From Eledone cirrhosa (taxonomy: Eukaryota), in NCBI GenBank assembly GCA_964016885.1, contig OZ024741.1:169384001-169448000 (forward strand): a stretch of DNA of 64,000 nucleotides, given 5' to 3'. Below are positions 12,055 through 21,790 of the stretch, in pieces. Under the pieces are notes generated by a model, which saw only the letters and a program-made list of their open reading frames with translations, was not told the origin of the DNA and searched no databases. Each line of letters begins with the position of its first letter. The stretch's first letter is position 1. The translations under genes were made by a program, and so were the position numbers.

Positions 12055-12615
12055 CATTTAACATTCATTTTTCCATGCTTGCAAGGGTTAGACAAGTTGT
12101 CACATTATGAGAAAAGTCAGGTCAGGTGACCAGGTCATGTTCAAATGGATTTGTATTTTGGCTTGCTTTCTATGGATGAATGCCCTTCCTAACGCTAACC
12201 ATGTTACAGAGTGGACTGGGTGCTTTTTGCTCTTCTACCCAACACAACCACCTTACAGGATGAACTGGGGGCTTTTTTCTTATGGAACCAACATGATATA
12301 CATATATAAGAGGGATCAATTAAGCTGGCGTGCTTTGATAATTGAACGGCAAAGCTATTGGTATACATGCATCATACAATCTGCTCATCATTTTGAGAGA
12401 AAAACTTTCACTCTGGCTACAGTACTTTCAGAATACTCATCTCCGCTGCTAATTTGGTTGTCCAGGTAACAGAAACTATCAACTACTTCTACTGAGCCCT
12501 CTGGGCATTTAAAGGAGCTAGTATCCTATGGGCTGTTGCTACTTACTGCACATTTGCAATGACCACATATAAAACCTGTGTTCTTTGCAAGCCTACCTGA
12601 AATCCCACTACTTCT
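12055..12615 (-). mobile_element. Internally deleted RTE remnant
   Basis: 3' UTR like the 10.6 kb copy joined to a coding piece matching 14860-14970. Confidence 0.6.
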
Positions 12616-13316
12616 CTCACACACACACACACATATATATATAGCATGGAAGATAGATGTTAAACGATGATGATGATATATATATATGTATGTATGTAAA
12701 AGGTAAACAGAAATAACAACATAATCAGTACAGTATATGGAAGGGATATATTAGGTTAACGCTTGATATAGCAGGAAGAGAGTCTTAACATTTCGGACAC
12801 TAGTCCTATATATTTATATATAAATGTAATCCGAATTTTTTGAATATTAATAATATTCGATTCATTTGCAATTAGGCAAATACGCCTCATTTTTTTTTTA
12901 TTATCTACTATATAAATTGGAAGTGGTCGGACGTTGTATATGTAGGTGTAGTCAGATAAACGTCGAAACGGCTTGGTGGAATGCAGCGAAAATTTACACA
13001 GTCATGCAGAATGACCCGAGGAGGCGTTGGGTCGACTTTCAAGCTACAAGCTTCCATGGTTACGGAGAAAATCGATGAAACGGGAATTTCCCATTCAAAT
13101 TGAACTGAGAGTAATCTGTGAACGCAGAAGTAAATATTTCGAGAAACGTTTCAACCGAAGGAAAACAGGAAGACGATATTTTGGTTCGTGAAGACGTTCC
13201 CTGGCAATGAACAGAAAAAAAGAGAGGATAATACGTCGTTATGTGGAGCGAGAAGAACAATTTCATGCAAAGACAAGACCGAGTTTATGGTATAAATGGA
13301 GTCGTTAGACTAATAT

Positions 13317-13959
13317 TCTATTTAAAATAACAGAATGATTTCCAGTCCCGGAGTTTAAGAATGATGTAAATAAAATTGAAAACGAAAATGACAGAGGTTA
13401 TTAAAATAGTAAAAGTAAATAATGAAGATTTAGGCCAGTACATACGTATGCCCCGACGGACATACACATACATACGCACACACAAATACATACACACCCA
13501 CAAACACACACACACGCGCGCGTATGTATAAACCTTATGCATTTCTACAGTATTTTCACCAAACTTAAGACATAGGTTACTTATGTACTCCGGATGGTCA
13601 TGGGCACTTTCATTTTGCCAGATATTGATTATAGGGCCTCCCGGCAGATAACCCCCTTTAAGCACTTCCTTGGAGTCGACTGAAGCACTGCAGTGCAATG
13701 CAACAAAACGTCATAACTTCTGGAGTTCGCAACCGATTTTCCCAAAATTTGACACATGAGCTACGTTTGTCCTACAGGTGAATGTGAACTCTCAGAATTG
13801 GCACATATTGAGTAGGGGACCCCTGGGGGCAGGAACCCTATTTTGGAAAAAGCTGATGATTTTGTAAAAGTATAGTTTCGAAGCAGCACTGAAGTATTGA
13901 CATAAATGGTATACACAACTGCTATTTAATACCCGAGCAACGCCGGGTATCTCTGCTAG
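13317..13959 (+). mobile_element. Non-autonomous Helitron (3' end clear, 5' end tentative)
   Basis: Hairpin tacccgagcaacgccgggta at 13930-13949 then CTAG|T at 13956-13960; candidate TC start at 13317. Confidence 0.6.
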
Positions 13960-13973
13960 TTTATATATATATA

Positions 13974-14985
13974 TCATCATCATCATCGTTTAACGTCTAT
14001 CTTCCACGCTAGCATGGGTTTAAACAGGAATTGTCCCACTTGAGGCAAGATTGGTTGTCTCGCGTGTATGGGACTGTCTGGTAGGTTTTCTACGGCTGGA
14101 TGCCCTTCCTAACACCAACCACGTTTACAGTGTGAACTGGGAGGTTTTTACCGTCTTACCTACACGGCCACATTACAGTGTGGACTGTGTGTTTTTTGTC
14201 GTGACACCTACACGACCTCATTTATTTAGGACTGGATGTTGTGGTACCAACATAACTTTACATCGAAAGGGGTGGTGTTGATGGGGGTGGGGGTGAGGGA
14301 GTTGGGGTAGTGGGACGGGGGGGTATATTTGATTAAGAGGTGCCTACTGACTCTAGGTTTCGCTTTGTACTTAGACAATGCGGGTCTTCTGTATTACTAC
14401 ATAGCACCAAAGATCTCGGTCCAGTGACATTGTCTTAGAGAGGTGTAAGTGTGTGAGGTCGGAATTTATCAAGTCGTCCCAGGTTTTTCTGGGTCTGCCT
14501 ACTCCGTAACTTCCGTCAATTTTGATCGCCCTGCACTTTTTTTTTTACAGCTGTCGTCTTTCATGCGCATCACGTGGCCATACCAACGTAGTCTTCTCTC
14601 GAGTAAACAGCATCTGATCCCTCTAATACCTAATTTCTCACTTAGTTCATTTATGCTTTGCTGTTCACGTATATTACTATTACACATCCAACGGAACATG
14701 CATGCTTCGTTCCTCTCCAGTCTGTGCAGATCCTCTGCACACAATGCCCATGTTTCACTGCCATGTAACATAGTTGTTCGTATGCAAGCATCATACAGTC
14801 TGCCTTTCATTTTTGGAGAGAAACCTTTAGCGGCCAAAAGTGGTATAAGCTCTCTGAACTTTTTCCATCCCATTCTGACTCTGGCTACTGTACTTTCTGA
14901 GCACCCTCCACCACTGCTGATTTTGTCACTCAGGTAACGGAAGGTGTCCACTATTTCTATAGAGCCATCTGGGCAATAGTCGTAC
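13974..14985 (-). mobile_element. RTE-clade LINE 3' part
   Basis: ORF 14499-14987 has FRYL, LYDACIRTTMLHGSETW and RRLRWYGHVMRM; (GAT)n tail. Confidence 0.9.
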
Positions 14986-15000
14986 AATAGTCGTACAATA

Positions 15001-15706
15001 TAGAGGAACAGTGGGAATTCCTGAATGTTAACCTGTTGAAGGCGACAGAAGAAATCTGTGGCTGGCGCAGACCTAAAGGCAGGAGGAGAGTAACTTGGTT
15101 GTGGAACAGTAAGGTGGAGGAGTCAATCAAGGCCAAAAAGCAGGCTTGGAAAGTATGGCGAGATGGGAGAAGTAGAGAACACTATCTAGTGGCCAGGAGG
15201 GAAGCTAGGAGACAAGTGTACTTTGCAAGAAGGGAAGCAGAGGAAATAAAGTTCAAGCATGTTCTACAACGCGAGGACCAAAAACATGAGGTGTTCGGGA
15301 TTGCTAGGCAATGTGTCAAATAAAACCGTGATATTGTCGGGGAGAAGTGTGTTCATAATGATGATGGTGTACTTGCCATCACTGACGCTGATAAGAAGGT
15401 AGCTTGGAACCTATAGGCAGGAGGAGAGTAGCTTGGTGGTGGAACAGTAAGGTGGAGGAGTCAATCAAGGCCAAAAAGCAGTCTTGGAAAGTATGGTGGG
15501 ATGGGGGAAGTAGAGAACACCATCTAGTGGCCAGGAGGGAAGCTAGGAGACAAGTGTACTTTGCAAGAAGAGAAGCAGAGGAAAGAAAGTTCAAGTATGT
15601 TCTACAACGCAAGGACCAAAAACGTGAGGTGTTCATGATTGCTAGGCAATGTGATATTGTCGGGGAGAAGTGTGTCCGTAATGATGATGATGTACTTGCC
15701 ATCACT
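15001..15706 (+). mobile_element. RTE ORF fragment, tandemly duplicated, opposite strand to the adjacent RTE end
   Basis: About 15077-15383 repeats at 15415-15706 (WWNSKVEESIKAKK..VGEKCV). Confidence 0.8.

Positions 15707-15764
<58 letters not shown>
15707..15764. repeat. (GATA)n abutting the 3' end of LINE A
   Basis: Directly visible. Confidence 0.97.
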
Positions 15765-15978
15765 TTCTTTATTTACCATAAAGGCATAAAAAGAAGGGAC
15801 AAATACAAAGGGGGAGTTTACATATAATCGAGTAAAAAGGGTGTAACATGAAAATAATCGAAAATAACCTCAAAAGGGAGGGGACGTGATGGGGGTTGCA
15901 CACACCCCCGAAAAAGTGTGCAATCCTTTGCCCGGGGAGCACATGGAGAAGGTGCTCCCCTCTCCTTTACTTCTTTAC

Positions 15979-18900
15979 CTACAGGATGGTATACAGAGAA
16001 GGCCCATTTACACGAGCCATTCTCGCCACTATCACCCACCTTTCATAAAACTGCCTGTGGCCCAGCACCTCTCTCTCCATTCTTATCCTTCTTCCGAAGT
16101 GATATCGGAAGAAGTAGACCAGACTATGGCCAGAGAGGAAGTTGCCTGACCTCAGACCTTTCAATCGTGTCCACCAAACAACCTCTTTCAACATGGCTAT
16201 TACGCACAGAAAAACCGCCTTTGCTTCCTTTGTGAAGAGGGGAGGCGGTTTGATTGTCATCACGGACTCGGCGGTCAATTTAATCGGCGCCACCCGCGAC
16301 AGCAGTTGTTCGGCGTAGCCCCACAGATCAGCCACGCCCGGACATTGCACCAATGCGTGCGCCACGGTTTCTTCGTGACGCACGCATCTAGGGCAAATCT
16401 TTTTTGAGGGATCCCTGCCCGGGCGCCCGTGTCTGTAGAGCCTCTCTCGAACGGGTAGGGCCCCTCGGTAGCACTGCCAGGCCAGTGACTTCTGGAAGTT
16501 GTCCATTGGTCCTGGGCCGAAAGTCCTACCGAACAGGCTGGCCAGTTCGTCTTCTTCCATGTCCAGCGACTCTCCAAGGGTGTCATCGCCCCTGCTAGCC
16601 ACCAGCCCTCTATAGAATGATGAGGTGGATTCTCCACCGATGGCCCGGCCCGCTTGCCAGAGAGCCCTGAGCGCCTGAGCACACTCAGTGTGCCAGTCTC
16701 CCAGTTTTCCGGATCTTTGCTTGACCCAGGACTGTAGCTCGGTGAGTGAGACGAGTCTCGGAAAGGCTCGTTTCACGAACGGAGCCCACACCGGTTGACC
16801 AGTGAGGAATACCTGTAGGTGCCGTAGCCTTAATGCGTGCCTACGCATCATCAACCACGGCATCCCCAGCCCTCCTTTCGAAGGTTGTTGGCAGCAGATG
16901 GATCTTCTCACCATAGGAGGACGCTTCTTCCAAAGAAATTGGAAGAGCATGCGTTCCATGGTGGTGAGTGTTTCCTTAGGGCAAGGCACGACAGTCAGGC
17001 GGTAGTAAGTGACGGACGCTATGTAAATGTTCGCCACCTCCGCCCGGCCTTTTAGGGACAGCTTACACTTGGCCCATTTCTGGGTTAGTGCAAACACCTT
17101 GTTCGTAACCTCGTTCCAGTTCTTTTCCACCTGGAGGTCCGGTCCAAACCAGACCCCAAGCAACTTTACCGGGCCCTCCGTCCAGTGTCCGACGACACCG
17201 TCAGGAGGCATCGGTTTGCCTCTCCACGTTCCGAGTTGCAGCCCGATGGATTTTTCCCGGTTCAGTTTCGCTCCTGACAACCTTTCGTACTCCTCCAGTA
17301 AGGTACCGATCGCCTCGATCTCCGAGTCGGTTGATACCATTACTGTTACGTCATCGGCGTAGGCCGACACCGCTTTGCTCAATCCTGGTTCCAGGGGGAT
17401 ACCCTGCAACAACTCCAACTTCCTCAGTAAAGGCTCGAGAGTCAATACGTACAGAAGGGAGGAGAGAGGGCACCCCTGTCGAATGGATCGTGTGATTTCG
17501 AACGGCTTCGAAAGGTAGCCGTTCACCTTGATCCTAGAACAGATGTGGTTGCTATGTAGGGCAGTGATCCAGCCTCTGAAAACAGGACCGAACCCAGCCG
17601 CCGCTAGCACCGCATCCAGGTAACCATGGTCGACCCTATCGAAGGCCTTAGACTGATCCAAGTTGATCAGGGCCCCACCGAAGCCGGGTTTGTTGCCAAC
17701 CCTCTCTATGATGTATCGCATGAGGTGGAGGTTATCGTGAATGGACCTGGATGGGATAGCACATGTCTGCGCATCTCCCACCAGGCCACCCACGACAAGC
17801 GCCAACCTCTTTGCTAACACCTTGGCCAAAATCTTTAACTCTGTGTTTAGCAGGGTTATGGGCCGAAAATTATTTATACTATCCCCCTTGTTCTCGTCCT
17901 TCCTCACCAGCGTGACTACGCCCTTGGCTACAGAACAAGGAATTCTCCCGTTCTGCTGCCAATTGCAGTAGACCGCTTCGAGGAGTTCGGAGAAGAAGAC
18001 CGGCATTGCTAAATAAAGTTCGTAAGGTATACCATCGAGACCTGGAGATTTGCGTCTGCTGCACTGGCTCAGCGCATCTCCGATCTCATCAGCCGAGATT
18101 GGTCCCTCGCAGGACTCTGCCTCTTTGTTCGAGAGACGCGGCAGACCGTCGAGGTATGGACCGAAATCCACGCCCCGGCCCGGACCCTCGCCTCCCCCGA
18201 ACAATCGGGCAAAGTGCTTTTGAAAGGCCTCGCACATCTGCTTAGGCTCCCGGATCACTCGTCCATCTTCGTCTTGCAACGACCGGATGGTGGATCGATT
18301 TCCACTTTTAGCTTCTGTCACGCGGGCCCATCCAACGGCTTTGGCCCCCTCATTACCTAGAGCACGTATTTTACTTCGAATGACGCAGCCTTCATGCTTT
18401 GCATCGAAAAACTGGTTCAAGGCCGTCCTCGATGCCAGCACTCTGGCCACATCTTCGCTCTTGATTGCCTCTTCTAATTTACCTGTTAATTCTTTCTCGT
18501 TTCTATTCCTATTGGCAGCTAACATCTTGCTATAACTTATTGATTCTGTTCTAATCTCTCTTTTGAGAGATGCCCACCATCGGTTGTTGACGATTGCACC
18601 CGTCAACCTCTCCTTAACTAATCTGCTAATCCGGTTTCTGTAAGTCTCTTTTGCCGGTAAAGACAAATTAAGTTTCCAGTAACCGGGACCCTGTCTATGT
18701 GTTTTCTCGAGATTGACCACGCAGGTCACTAATTTGTGATCCGTGTAGCCAACCGTGCGCATTTCTGGACAGCTTAATATGTCCCTATCCTTACTTCTAA
18801 CTAAGAATCTATCTAAGTACGATCTAGATTGACCACTGTGGTTTCTCCAAGTCCAGGTAGGCACAGTTGGAAAATCTAGTCGATATCTATCGACCAAGTT

Positions 18901-19416
18901 AAAACGGTCGAGTAACCCCTTGAGGCTGTTACACCCCCCTCTATTAGGACATGCTCCTGCATAGTCCCAACGTGCATCCAGGATGTCATTCCAATCCCCC
19001 GCTAGAAGCAGGGAACGCGACGTTCCCAGAAAAGTCTCCAAACGCTGGAAGAAGTCGGGCCGTTCAGCTCCGAAAGGGAAGTAGACGGCGACCAGTCTCA
19101 AGGCCGCACTTTCACTACTGCCAACGTCTAGCACCAACAAACGACCCTCCGGGTCCGAGTGCACAACCTGTACGGCAAGACCCAGGTGTTTTTGCAGCAG
19201 CACGACAACCCCACCCCCACCTCCAGGTTGACAGAGAGATGCATGCACCTCAAAGTCATCGAAGGTGGGGGCCAGCTGCCGCATGACGCTGATTCGAGTC
19301 TCACAGATAACCATTACATTTATACTACATGACCTGAGGTCATTTAGAAGCTTTGCTTGCTTCCAAGTTGAGCCCAGGCCACGTGCATTCAAACATCCTA
19401 CTCTTAACACATCCAT
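15979..19416 (-). CDS. ORF2: APE endonuclease, reverse transcriptase, C-terminal zinc finger
   Basis: NARGL, GDWN, YLDRF, TDH, WKLN, SPGLDG, FRPITLLN, KAFDRV, QGCPLS, YADD, CPRC..H..C; 1145 aa open. Confidence 0.97.
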   Translation of the reverse strand: MDVLRVGCLNARGLGSTWKQAKLLNDLRSCSINVMVICETRISVMRQLAPTFDDFEVHASLCQPGGGGGVVVLLQKHLGLAVQVVHSDPEGRLLVLDVGSSESAALRLVAVYFPFGAERPDFFQRLETFLGTSRSLLLAGDWNDILDARWDYAGACPNRGGCNSLKGLLDRFNLVDRYRLDFPTVPTWTWRNHSGQSRSYLDRFLVRSKDRDILSCPEMRTVGYTDHKLVTCVVNLEKTHRQGPGYWKLNLSLPAKETYRNRISRLVKERLTGAIVNNRWWASLKREIRTESISYSKMLAANRNRNEKELTGKLEEAIKSEDVARVLASRTALNQFFDAKHEGCVIRSKIRALGNEGAKAVGWARVTEAKSGNRSTIRSLQDEDGRVIREPKQMCEAFQKHFARLFGGGEGPGRGVDFGPYLDGLPRLSNKEAESCEGPISADEIGDALSQCSRRKSPGLDGIPYELYLAMPVFFSELLEAVYCNWQQNGRIPCSVAKGVVTLVRKDENKGDSINNFRPITLLNTELKILAKVLAKRLALVVGGLVGDAQTCAIPSRSIHDNLHLMRYIIERVGNKPGFGGALINLDQSKAFDRVDHGYLDAVLAAAGFGPVFRGWITALHSNHICSRIKVNGYLSKPFEITRSIRQGCPLSSLLYVLTLEPLLRKLELLQGIPLEPGLSKAVSAYADDVTVMVSTDSEIEAIGTLLEEYERLSGAKLNREKSIGLQLGTWRGKPMPPDGVVGHWTEGPVKLLGVWFGPDLQVEKNWNEVTNKVFALTQKWAKCKLSLKGRAEVANIYIASVTYYRLTVVPCPKETLTTMERMLFQFLWKKRPPMVRRSICCQQPSKGGLGMPWLMMRRHALRLRHLQVFLTGQPVWAPFVKRAFPRLVSLTELQSWVKQRSGKLGDWHTECAQALRALWQAGRAIGGESTSSFYRGLVASRGDDTLGESLDMEEDELASLFGRTFGPGPMDNFQKSLAWQCYRGALPVRERLYRHGRPGRDPSKKICPRCVRHEETVAHALVQCPGVADLWGYAEQLLSRVAPIKLTAESVMTIKPPPLFTKEAKAVFLCVIAMLKEVVWWTRLKGLRSGNFLSGHSLVYFFRYHFGRRIRMEREVLGHRQFYERWVIVARMARVNGPSLYTIL

Positions 19417-19449
19417 GTGGGCGGCAGAGCCAAAGGAGAGTGTAGAGAC

Positions 19450-21327
19450 CTACCTTTCCGCTTCCCGGGGTTCGGGTTGCACGACTTCCATGGGGTCGGG
19501 GGTGTTGGGTGAAGGGGTGTCTTGTGGTGGTGTGGGGTCGTCGGTGTGTGGTGGGGTTGGGGTGTTTGGAGTTGTGTTGGGGAGGGGAAGGGGAGGGGGA
19601 AAGCTTTTTAGTAGGACGCGGTTTATGGGTTTGACAGAGGGTGGTCCTACGTCCTCCTTAAAATCCTTTTTTAGTTTTTGGTAGAGGTTCATTGGGATTT
19701 TTATTAGTTTTAAATGTGGGTGGTTTTCTGGTGAAACAAAGTTTACACCTTCGGTTTGTACCGAAGGATTATTGTATATGAGTTCATTTAATTTATTATT
19801 GTTTCTGTTGATGTAAGTATAGTGTAATGTCTTTTTTTCCGATGGTGTGAGTGTTTCGAAGAGGGGAGGGGCAGGTTTGGTTTTGTTTGTTGCTGGAGGG
19901 GTGTTTTCTGTTTTGTTAGATTGTGTTGCGATTTGGGTGGGGGTTGTTTGTCCTTGTGTGTTTTGCACATGTTTTCTTTTTTTCCTTTTAATCTGTCTGA
20001 AGGACTCCGTTTCTTCCTCCGAATTCGTTGGGTTATCTTCAGTGTTGGAGGGAAGAGGTATGTTTGCTGGTAATGTTTCCGTGTTGGTTTTCTTTGTGGG
20101 GGAGATGGATGTCACTATGTTAGACTGTGTTGTGTGTTGTGTCTGCGGTGGTTGTGTTGTTTTATTGAGTGAGAGGTTGGGTGGGCCTGTATTTTGTTTT
20201 GGGGTAATGTGTTGTGACTGTTTGTGTTGTGGTGGTGTTGTGGTGTTACTGAGGGACGGGTTGGGTGGGACTGAGTTTTGTTGTTTGTTTATCTGTTGTG
20301 GTGGTGGTGGTGGAGCTGGTGTTGGTAGCAGAGTTTTCTTTTTGTTGAGTTGTGGACAAGCGGCCTTCAGGTGCCCTCTGCCTGCACAGATATGGCAGGA
20401 CGGCCTTCTCCCCTCCACGCTAATGTTTATATACCCGTGGTCCTCTAATAGGATTCTGTCGGGTATTTGGGCGATGCGTTCAGGCTTCATTTGTACTACC
20501 AGCTCTATACCTGTTCCACTGAACGCATTGCCTGTGGTTTTCCCAATGGAAATCACGTTGTCATTCACTGGATCGATGAAGCCAGCTATGAGCCAGCAGT
20601 AGTCCACATCTGGCATCATTGCATCCAGCCATATGCGTTGAGTTTTTTTTCCCATATAAGATGGATAAAAGGTGAAATTTTTCGAACGAATCGGTGACAA
20701 AGCACATTTTTTTGCCGCCGATTCGTTCTTCATGATAATTGCTAGGCTTCCATACAGTCTGTCTTTTCTTATGAAAGTTGTTTCATTCAGTACTTCTGCG
20801 AGTACTGTTTTGATATCTGCTTGAGAAGGCTGTTCAGGTTTTTTTGTACTGTTGTTGATGGTCCGAAACTTGACCGTTCGGCTTTCAATGTCTTTCGTGA
20901 ATTCTTGAGGCATTTTTACCAATAAAATACCATTCTCACCTTCACTTATGTATTGTTTTGCGTCCGTGATCCTTCGTACCACATCTGAAATGTTTTCCGC
21001 TATATAAGTCAAAGATTTCTTTGTTTTCTGTGCAAAAGAAATCTTGTCGTCTGCTTTGTTTTCTGATATGATGTTATTTTCAACTGTTATTTTTTTGTTT
21101 GTTGTCTTTGTTTGTGTTATTAGTATTGTCATGCAATTTTTCAAATTTTTTTTTTTTTCGTTGTTTTCGTCATTTAATTTTTCCTCCGCAGATTCGTCCG
21201 TTTTTATTTTCATTTTTCCTTCCTTCTCTATGACGTTAGTTGGGAAGGAAGGGAGGACTAAAGCGTGCGAGCTTACAACTCTTACCGCTGTCCCCCCACC
21301 ACTATTTTCGTTCGCTGCGTTTAACAT
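19450..21327 (-). CDS. ORF1 nucleic-acid-binding protein
   Basis: 625 aa upstream of ORF2; CHICAGRGHLKAAC zinc knuckle, P/T-rich linker, basic KRKKRK. Confidence 0.92.
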   Translation of the reverse strand: MLNAANENSGGGTAVRVVSSHALVLPSFPTNVIEKEGKMKIKTDESAEEKLNDENNEKKKNLKNCMTILITQTKTTNKKITVENNIISENKADDKISFAQKTKKSLTYIAENISDVVRRITDAKQYISEGENGILLVKMPQEFTKDIESRTVKFRTINNSTKKPEQPSQADIKTVLAEVLNETTFIRKDRLYGSLAIIMKNESAAKKCALSPIRSKNFTFYPSYMGKKTQRIWLDAMMPDVDYCWLIAGFIDPVNDNVISIGKTTGNAFSGTGIELVVQMKPERIAQIPDRILLEDHGYINISVEGRRPSCHICAGRGHLKAACPQLNKKKTLLPTPAPPPPPQQINKQQNSVPPNPSLSNTTTPPQHKQSQHITPKQNTGPPNLSLNKTTQPPQTQHTTQSNIVTSISPTKKTNTETLPANIPLPSNTEDNPTNSEEETESFRQIKRKKRKHVQNTQGQTTPTQIATQSNKTENTPPATNKTKPAPPLFETLTPSEKKTLHYTYINRNNNKLNELIYNNPSVQTEGVNFVSPENHPHLKLIKIPMNLYQKLKKDFKEDVGPPSVKPINRVLLKSFPPPLPLPNTTPNTPTPPHTDDPTPPQDTPSPNTPDPMEVVQPEPREAER

Positions 21328-21557
21328 TTCTGTTAGACGATTGAAATTTTTTACACAAAATTTTTTAAAACAGGTTTTTCACCTCTAGGAGGGGTAAAGA
21401 TGAGCTGACCCACCGCCTGACAGTTCAGACGGAGGGTCAAGCTACACAATTGTATCAAAATTAAGTTTGAACTCACAAAATTTCCTCAATAAATTTGAAC
21501 AAAACTTCTGTGCGAAGTGAATGACATCCACACTGTAGAACAGACGACAGCTAGATT

Positions 21558-21576
21558 GATAGATAGATAGATAGAT
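21558..21576. repeat. Short (GATA)n junction between copies A and B
   Basis: Directly visible. Confidence 0.9.
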
Positions 21577-21790
21577 TTCTTTATTTACCATAAAGGCATA
21601 AAAAGAAGGGACAAATACAAAGGGGGAGTTTACATATAATCGAGTAAAAAGGGTGTAACATGAAAATAATCGAAAATAACCTCAAAAGGGAGGGGACGTG
21701 ATGGGGGTTGCACACACCCCCGAAAAAGTGTGCAATCCTTTGCCCGGGGAGCACATGGAGAAGGTGCTCCCCTCTCCTTTACTTCTTTAC

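Larger units (their letters stand above)
15765..21557 (-). mobile_element. Full-length Tx1/L1-clade LINE, copy A
   Basis: 5' UTR, intact ORF1 and ORF2, 3' UTR ending AATAAAGAAA then (TCTA)n; no poly(A). Confidence 0.95.

Noticed and set aside
19847-20602. Hydrophobic V/G/C-rich antisense ORFs (also 25659, 46440, 57889)
   Set aside because: Shadows of the A/C-rich ORF1 linker.
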